A stretch of 64,000 bases of DNA from Octopus vulgaris (Eukaryota). This document shows, piece after piece, positions 55,253 to 64,000 of the stretch. Within the stretch, counting starts at the first letter, position 1. Each line of letters begins with the position of its first letter. The stretch spans positions 34,348,001-34,412,000 of the forward strand of contig OX597831.1 in NCBI GenBank assembly GCA_951406725.2, written 5' to 3'. A program made the translations under genes and the position numbers. The notes beneath the pieces were generated by a model that was given only the letters and a program-made list of their open reading frames with translations, was not told where the DNA came from and made no database searches.

Positions 55253-55289
<37 letters not shown>

Positions 55290-55362
55290 TATGTATATAT
55301 GTGTGTATATATATATATGCGTGTGCGCATATATGTGCGTGTGTGAATATAAGTGCGTGTGC

Positions 55363-55413
<51 letters not shown>

Positions 55414-55462
55414 GTGTGTGTGTATGTATGTATGTATGTATGTATATCAGTGTGTATATATG

Positions 55463-55493
<31 letters not shown>

Positions 55494-55639
55494 GTGCGTG
55501 TGTGTGTGTGTATGTATGTATATCAGTGTGTATATATGTATGTATATATATATATACATATACATACAAAAGCAAGCTTGTAAGTGCATGTCAGTGTGTG
55601 TCTGTGGGGGGTTGCATACGTGTACGTGAATGTGTGTGC

Positions 55640-56322
55640 GTTCTTTGATTTTACAATTGAGAAAATCACACTGAAAGGATAGAATACCACTAAAATTCAT
55701 ATTCTTCGTCGTCTTCCTCATTCCCACTATCACCACTATCATCCTCCTCTTCCTCATCTTCCTCGTCTTCTCCGTGGTCTCACGTCCTCTGAACTTCCGG
55801 GGAAGTCCCCGCTCTTGGGAACTTTGCAGGAAATCTCCCACAACCGCTTCACCTCCCCTCTTGGGAACTTTCCAGGAAGTCCCCGGAAGTCCACCTCATC
55901 ACCGTCCACCCCTCCTCGGAACTTTCCAGGAATTTTCCCCTTTCTCCTCTCCTTGGAGTTTTCAGAAAGTCCTTCCATTCCTTCCTCCACTCCGCCTCCT
56001 CTGTCTTTTACCTCGGACTTTACCAAGAAGTCCTTCCTCCCCACCTTGGACTTTTCCAGAAAGTCTTTCCTCATCTTCCTACCCCTCGGACTGTTACTGA
56101 TTTTCAGACGTGTGTGCCTTACGTTATATATATATATATATATATATATGTATGATGACGAATTCGTGAAGAGCCCGGAGAAGAAGAAGACGATGAAGAT
56201 AATAAAGATGAGGATGATAGTGGTGATGAGGGAGACGATGAAGATGCTGACGACAAAGAATATGAATTTTAGTGGTAATCAATCCTTTTAGTATGATTTT
56301 CTGAATTGTAAAATCAAAGCGC
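55640..56322. repeat. Inverted duplication encoding an acidic tail, flanking GC-rich ggaactttccaggaagtcc repeats
   Basis: 55640-55775 is the imperfect reverse complement of 56175-56322; both read ...DD(E/K)EYEF*. Confidence 0.7.
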
Positions 56323-56492
56323 GCACACACACACATACACACACGCTCACACACACACTCACACACATACACACATACATGTCCACTTCATACACACACG
56401 CACATGTCCACCATTCGTACACCAAGGCACACAGGTGCACTTGCACATACATAGCCACAATTGCATATACACATAAATATCCAACACACACA

Positions 56493-56595
<103 letters not shown>

Positions 56596-56719
56596 CTCTA
56601 TATGTATATATATAAATTTATATAAATAAGGATAAGACCGTTAATTTAAATATCGATCTTATCAAGTGGCCAGCATGGGAATAAAAACCTTACAAAGGTT
56701 ATAATTATTATTAAAATTA

Positions 56720-56896
56720 TAATTTAGTATTTCTAAGAGATACCTCCACGCTGGAAATAGCAGCCAAAACTGGACTCTAAAACCACATTAACTGTTCATA
56801 TAGCACCAGGAGAGAAGTGTGCAAACATTTAATGTGGTTTTAGAGTCAGGTTTTGGCTGCACTTTCCTGCGTGGATATCTCTTAGATACCCTAAAT

Positions 56897-56898
<2 letters not shown>
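56720..56898. repeat. Imperfect ~65-bp-arm inverted repeat (MITE-like)
   Basis: gcagccaaaactggactctaaaaccacatta / taatgtggttttagagtcaggttttggctgc. Confidence 0.75.
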
Positions 56899-56931
<33 letters not shown>

Positions 56932-56939
<8 letters not shown>

Positions 56940-57192
56940 AAATCCGTTCTGTCTGTCTGTGTGTGTGTCTTCTAGGATCTCGGGCATCCTCCATCCGATT
57001 GTGCTCAAATTTGATATGTAGATACCGATGGTATCAGGGCGTGTATAAGTCTTGAAAAAATTTACAATAATCGATTCCAGGTGAGAATGCGATCGATAAA
57101 GCCGTGGGAACGTGCATTTGTACGCGCAAGTTTAAATGTTTAAATGTTTGATATCTCAGCACCGGCCATTTGACGGGGGGCGTTTTGCTCGT
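56932..57192 (+). mobile_element. Non-autonomous Helitron-like element
   Basis: Paralogue of 48609-48940, flanked by (TA)n. Confidence 0.7.
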
Positions 57193-57197
57193 ATATA

Positions 57198-57241
<44 letters not shown>

Positions 57242-57733
57242 CATACACAAACACACACTCTCGCATGCATGCACACACTGATGCATGAAACACTCACATC
57301 ACGCATACGTACACAACCGTACACATAAATGCATGAGATACACATACGTGTGTGTAGTACCTTGTATACACGTTCTAAACAAAGACAGGTGTATGCTTGC
57401 GTACACAAGCAAACGTAAACACCCACCAATGTCCAATACACACACATTCACATTCACACACCCGCGCGCACCCAAGCACATACACACCTGCACATACACA
57501 AACAAACGTACACGGAAAGGAAATCATCGAACACAAACATGCACCCACGTACGTACGCACGCTTGGATTGACACATATACGAAGCAAACACATGCATAGA
57601 TATATACATACAAATAACGAACGCATACACACAAGTGTTCAGCACACGCACGCTCGCACACGCACACACATATGCGCGTGCGCATATAAAGTTACATTAA
57701 AAGGAAATGAAACAGATAAATGGAACAATCAAA

Positions 57734-57787
57734 ATGGCGGTTTTAGATCGTTGCTCGGTAAACCCAAAAGCAGCAAAATCTATGCAC
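57734..57787 (+). CDS. Candidate first coding exon (MAVLDRCSVNPKAAKSMH)
   Basis: caaaATGGCGG is both a good Kozak context and a YY1-like motif; 18 open codons end at CAC|gtaag; upstream tgcgcgtgcgca is NRF1-like. Confidence 0.3.
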
Positions 57788-58049
57788 GTAAGAACAGATG
57801 ATGAAAAGAATTATAGAAGTTAATGTTTGTTGTGTTTATAGCGAGTTTGTGAACACTTGAAATCTGTTTAGTGGGAATTAAAATATTTCGATGAAGATTC
57901 GTGTAAAACTATTCCTCGTTTAGATATAGTAATTAGTTAGTAATTCCGAAGTAATTTAAAGCTGTACAACGATTACCAGTGAGCATAGTGTTGCATATTT
58001 ATAATTAAATGGAGGTTATATGATTTATACATGTGTGTGTATACACACA

Positions 58050-58128
<79 letters not shown>

Positions 58129-58197
58129 TTGTGATGTATATATATATATGTTTTTGATATGTATATATATATATATATATATATACCCATATGTTTT

Positions 58198-58237
<40 letters not shown>

Positions 58238-58239
<2 letters not shown>

Positions 58240-58455
58240 CTTTTCTACTCTAGGCACAAGGCTCGAAATTTTGGGGAAGGGAGCGAGTTGATTAGATCGT
58301 CACCAGTACGCAACTGATACTTAATTTATCGACCCAATAAGGATGAAAGTCAAAGTCCACCTTAGCGGAATTTGAACTCAGAACGTAACGGCAAACGAAC
58401 TACCACTAAGCATTTCGCCCGGCGTGCTAACGTTTCTGCTACCTCGCCGCCTTAT
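58238..58455 (-). mobile_element. SINE family A with the alternative tail
   Basis: taggcacaaggctcgaaattttgggg...gctaacgtttctgctacctcgccgcc. Confidence 0.85.
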
Positions 58456-59202
58456 TGCGTCTGAAAATATTGATGCATCTCAAGGTATGCTGAGCGAAAC
58501 TCCAAATTTTGAAAGCTTTCGTGTGAAAGAAACGCCATAAACGTTGGAAATTTCAGGCAGCCCTCATAACATTCTCAGGCGATATATAACTATCAAGAGT
58601 CACAAGTACAGGCGTTATGATTTTGACCGGCCAAGAATAGTTATGTTGATAACCAGTTCATTGCCAGAAGCTGTGCATAACGTCATTTCTGCTCTACAAA
58701 ATCGAAAATCCAAAATATTTCACATCTCAAGCACTTCGCATATAGGATTCATTATATCTATAAAGCTAGCGATCACAAGCTACAATCGAATTTTTAAATG
58801 GAAATACAGTGAGAGCACGATAGATTTACATCTAGATACATGATTACGGCGTGTTACAGCATAGAACATGCTAATCATATACTCACTGAAGTGCAGTTAC
58901 GTTGAAGCTTTATTTATTGGCGATTGTATTAATAATAATAATAATAATTGTGTACAGTGCTCAGGTGCACTACAACTCTTTTACTTGTTTCAGTCATTTG
59001 ACTGCGGCCATGCTAGAGCACCGCCTTGATATTATATAATATGTAATACATATGTAGTGGAATTGCACAAGTGACTGATTAGAGATGCAAGTTAAAAGTA
59101 GTTTAATACTTCTATAAAAATAGAAAAGAGCAAATGTAAAAATTTCTTAAATAGTTGACAGTAATGAACGTATACATATGTGTGTGCGTGAGTGTGTGTT
59201 TG

Positions 59203-59258
<56 letters not shown>

Positions 59259-59418
59259 CATGCTGATAAAATCATTTGAGTCTCATGGGAAAGCATGGGT
59301 GAGCGATAGACCAACGAGAAAATGTTAACAAATATATTTGATCAGTAGAAATTAGGCTTTTACCGACGCTGCGCAGTATTTATCACGATTGATGTATGCA
59401 TGCGAGTACATACATACA

Positions 59419-59449
<31 letters not shown>

Positions 59450-60160
59450 TGTTACACGCACATGTATGTTGTGTGTGTATATACGTATATATTTCGACAG
59501 ATAGATTAATGTGTATGAGTTATGTATATCACACATGGATGTATGACGCCTGCACTAAGAATATCTATATAGATGTATGCATATGGTTGTATGTAATAAA
59601 TATTTTTAAAATGATTAACTATAAAAACACAGTTATTATCAAACATTTGAAGCTTGATAACAATAGCATCAGCGTCTTTTGCGAATTGAATTAACGTTTC
59701 TTGTAAAATTTGATTTTAAAAAATAAGTTGGCAAAAATAGCTAGTGAGGCCTTCTACAGGCAAAAAATAGTAACGTACACCCTAGTGTACCCGAATTTTT
59801 TTTTTTTTTTTTTACTTATTTAAATCTAATTAACGAAGTAAAATTATAGTGGTACTCTGGTACAGCAACAACCGATGACATAACATGTCCCGGTCTTATT
59901 GGCCCTTCTCACTTGTTATATACACAAATATACTTACACACATACACATATATATATATACATACATACATACATATATGATATATGAAAGATGAGAGAA
60001 AGAGAAATTAGAATTTACGAGAATATTTATTAATCACAACGATCATTTCAACCCATCTTGAAGGAATTCTGAGGTAAATCAAGTGGCAGCTACATCCATA
60101 CTGTTGATGACATCAGGTAGCCGAAGACAGTTAACGTACTTTAAACAGTGTACGAGGAAG

Positions 60161-60209
<49 letters not shown>

Positions 60210-60210
60210 G

Positions 60211-60246
<36 letters not shown>

Positions 60247-60290
60247 CATAAAAGTAAATAAATGGTACAACGAAGCACCGATATTTTCAT

Positions 60291-60326
<36 letters not shown>

Positions 60327-61479
60327 TTTGAAGGATTCATTTGAATTATTTTAATAAAGACAACAACAAGTCAAGGTCGAGATTAGCATATCCGTGGGAA
60401 TAGTGCATAAGGACACTCACTCATATATAAATGTATACGCGGACATGTCCTAACGCTACATATACACGTACATAAACAAATCAATAAACAAAGTCATATA
60501 AGCATACGCATGTGCCCCAGCATGGCCGCAGCATCAAGGCTGAAACATATAAAAGAATAAAAGGATATGCATGCCAGCAACTTGTTTCACTATTCACTGT
60601 GAATTGCAGATCGAACAAATGGACAGTTCCAGGTGTAGAGTTTACATTAAGAAGGAACGCAACTGATCTGAAGTTCCCTACAGCTGTTTCAGACCTATTT
60701 ATTTATTGATGAATACATCGAATACATTATGACCCCCCCCCCAGTTTTCTTCAGGTGAATTATCAGAAAAAATATTAATATATGAATTGTGTGATGACCC
60801 TCTCATTTTTGCAGCAAATGAGAGAATAAATCTGTACCGAAGCATAGCCATATATATATGATATGACTAATGTTACAAACCTGTCATCAGAGAAAGCAAC
60901 ACTAAATTATTTCTGTTAAATTGTTGGCGAGAGATAAAACTTAAGTGGACAATAGCGAGAAGAGGAATGGCTATTGGGGAAGGAATGTAGAAAGAAGGAT
61001 ACAGGTGAAGTGGGAGACTACTGTGCAGAATAATAGAATGTCGAGTAGAGGAGGGGTCAAACCGCTAGATTACAAACGTCAGAACAGGATTATTTACGAT
61101 AAGGAATACTAACACAAGTACAAATACGCATACGCAGATTTCATCGTGCAAATACAAGTAAACACACCCACACACACACACACATGCGCACACATGGAGG
61201 ATCGGCAAGTGAGAAAGATAGAATAAGCACTAGGTTTACAAAGAATAAGTTCTGGGGTCGATTTCATCGACTCGTCGGCGCTTTGTCGTGTGTCTGATAA
61301 TTTATTTGGTTTCTTCTTGACCACTTCTTCCCCTCTGTCCATGTTTATGCCTCTGATGACTGAAGAGGTCGATTCTTGCATGGAATTGTCTGTTGCGAAG
61401 TTCGCAAGGAATCCGTGGTGGAGGCTTAGGTTGTTGCAGCCTCCATTTCCTTTCTTGTCGTTTCTCTTTCTCTTTCCTC

Positions 61480-61705
61480 TGTCGTTCAGCTTCGAAATGA
61501 TTGGCATGTCATGTAGCAAGAACGAAAGAAACCAGGCTACTGCGTCAAATTTTATATATGGTGAATTTTCCTCTGGAAGAAAACTCCGTGGCTATCCCCT
61601 CCGTCAATACAAGGATTAGCTGAAGCAAAGCCTAAGACTGACTGGAATCGGTCCCAAAGCCTGGGACATTGAAGATAAGATCAGGCCTGGCTGGCATCAT
61701 TCTAT
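61480..61705 (+). mobile_element. RTE/BovB-like LINE 3' fragment
   Basis: QLR..HVAR..ETRLLRQIL-YGEFSSGRKLRGYPLRQYKD*LKQSL...W motif. Confidence 0.75.
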
Positions 61706-61759
61706 CTCAACTGTAACAAGTCATTTCTTCGACTAAAAAAGGGGGTGTTCAAATGACTA

Positions 61760-61820
61760 TAGATAGATAGACAGACAAACAGACAGACAGACAGACAGGC
61801 AGACAGACAGACAGACAGAC

Positions 61821-61867
<47 letters not shown>

Positions 61868-61904
61868 CACACAAACCAGTATGTATATGTATATATATAT
61901 ATAT

Positions 61905-61970
<66 letters not shown>

Positions 61971-61995
61971 GGATGGATGGATGGATGGATGGATG

Positions 61996-62067
<72 letters not shown>

Positions 62068-62085
62068 CATACATACATACATACA

Positions 62086-62114
<29 letters not shown>
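61760..62114. repeat. Compound (GATA/GACA/GGAT/TACA)n microsatellite
   Basis: Direct reading. Confidence 0.95.
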
Positions 62115-62116
<2 letters not shown>

Positions 62117-62639
62117 GTTTATCTACATGCTAGAGTACGTGTGTTGGACGCTATTTCGCAGATATGGTACACATTTAGTCATAAATTCTTTAGACAGGCA
62201 GCTAAGAAACCAACCTACTAAAACGACGACCTGTACTTTTATGGCACACCATTCAGGTATTTTATTGCGAACGCGTTCCATTCATCGCCGAGAAGCCATT
62301 CATCTATATAAAACATTTATACATCAGATCAATATTCAATACTTATTGAAATTCTTTTAGATACACTATTGGATATTTCTTGCGGAAAATGCAATGTTAC
62401 TATTGATTTTAAGGTGTAACAGTTATTTTTCAGCACAATGCGTTTGATATTGGGATAAATATTTGGAATATGGTAAAACTTCTGGAACACATCAAACTGT
62501 ATGACTTATTGTTTGTTAAACATAAAGTTATTTTGCTGTATGTATGTATGTATGTATGTATGTATGTATGTATAATATTACTCTGTAGTTTAACATCATG
62601 CATATACGCATTTATGTCTCTATGTATCAGATTGATTAT

Positions 62640-62765
62640 CAACCACATAGTTCTAGGTTCAGTCCCACTGCGTGGCGCCTGGGGCAACTGCCTTCTACTA
62701 TAGCCTCGGACCGGTCAAAGCCATGTGAGTGGATTTGGTAGGCAGAAACTGGAACAAGCCTATTG
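62640..62765 (+). mobile_element. SINE family B 5' part
   Basis: caaccacatagttctaggttcagtcccactgcgtggc...gtgagtggatttggtagg. Confidence 0.8.
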
Positions 62766-62833
62766 TGTAATATAATTGTTTGTTTGTTTTCCACCTGCCT
62801 TCGTCTTTTGTCTATTTTCATAAAGCTTCCCGT

Positions 62834-62868
<35 letters not shown>

Positions 62869-62944
62869 AAAGGGCTTAGTAAAATAAATTACTTTGCCAC
62901 ATACTGAACTCATTAGAAATAGCAGCCCAAAAAGTTTTTTTAGC

Positions 62945-63052
<108 letters not shown>

Positions 63053-63267
63053 TATATGTATACATATATATAATGCGTGTGTGCGTATATATATAATGCG
63101 TGCGTTTATTTATATATATATATATATAATGTTTATACACCCGCTAGCTGACTAAGTGGATTACGGATAGTGGTCTAAGGGAGAAAATCCCATGCGCTTG
63201 ACCGTTGTGTATTCGAAAACTAGCCACGAGGATTTTCTCTCCCCATTTTGAAGAGAGGTTACAAGCT

Positions 63268-63345
63268 ACCGGGCATTTGGTTCTGACGAGACGTAGAGCT
63301 AAGCACTATATGAACGCGAAACCTTGGGTAACCCATGAACCGGCC
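63268..63345 (+). ncRNA. Type I hammerhead ribozyme motif with extended stem I
   Basis: CUGACGA (63283-89), GAAA (63318-21), stem III ACC-uug-GGU, GUA at 63328-30; stem I tggtt/accca extended by cat/atg and ccgg/ccgg. Confidence 0.6.
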
Positions 63346-63395
63346 AAAACTATCTTTCACTAAATACTCCGTTGTATATGCATACTTATATATAT

Positions 63396-63456
<61 letters not shown>

Positions 63457-63724
63457 GGTTGAGTATATGTATACCTTTATTAATATTTAGCAGATGTAAC
63501 TGAGTGATTAAAGGTACGAAGTAGGAGTTTCGTGCGTTGGCCAATGTACAAAGTTAACTTGTTAATAAGAGCTGGAATTCTCCGTAAAATGATTTTAATT
63601 AGTCGGAATTATCTTATGAAAAGCGAACTCGTATTTTTTCCCGTCAATTATTTTTAACAAGCAAGAAGTTGCAACATCACAATATTCTTTTCAACTCTAG
63701 TAACAAGTCTTCCCCTCTGTCCAA

Positions 63725-64000
63725 AGTTTTTGGGAGGGAGGACAGTCGATTGGGTTAATCCCAGTACGCAACTAGTACTTAATTCATCGACCCCGAAAGG
63801 ATGTAAGGTGAAGTCGACTCGGCTGAATTTGAAATCAGAACGTAAAGACAGACGAAATACCTCTAAGCATTTCGCCCGTCGTGCTAATGTTTCTTATTTC
63901 TTTATTTCCCACAAGGGGATAAACATAGAGGAGACAAACAAGGACAGACAAAGGGATTACATCGATACCTGTGCGTATATGGTACTTAATTTATCGAGCC
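63725..64000 (-). mobile_element. SINE family A copies (the second runs off the window)
   Basis: atcgaccccgaaaggatg...gacgaaatacc; then cccacaaggggataaacatagaggagacaaacaaggacagac. Confidence 0.85.

Noticed and set aside
60605-60700. Possible exon after tgcag
   Set aside because: Runs into cctacagctgtttc, a reversed pLTR/HHR-type motif; no convincing donor or frame.

Overview
AT-rich, microsatellite-saturated eukaryotic DNA, most likely intronic/intergenic sequence of a coleoid cephalopod such as octopus (inferred from the repeat families, not proven). Nearly all supplied ORFs are artefacts of (TA)n, (CA)n, (TACA)n, (TAA)n and (GATA)n repeats. The one well-supported host coding feature is a terminal exon at 16220-16483 (+) that looks like the helix-8/C-tail exon of a class B (secretin-like) GPCR. 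Weaker candidates are a first exon at 57734-57787 and a microexon at 41171-41197. The rest is mobile DNA: several tRNA-derived SINE families (one in head-to-tail multimers), CR1/L2, RTE and R4/Dong LINE fragments, mariner/Tc1 relics and MITEs, Helitron-like elements and many Penelope-like element (PLE) pieces. The most striking signal is about 15 recognisable hammerhead-ribozyme (HHR) cores in short elements, mostly abutting (TA)n tracts. Several carry the compensatory U3-A8 core (UUGANAA), and several are arranged as fold-back palindromes centred on the ribozyme. All calls were made by eye and many boundaries are approximate.
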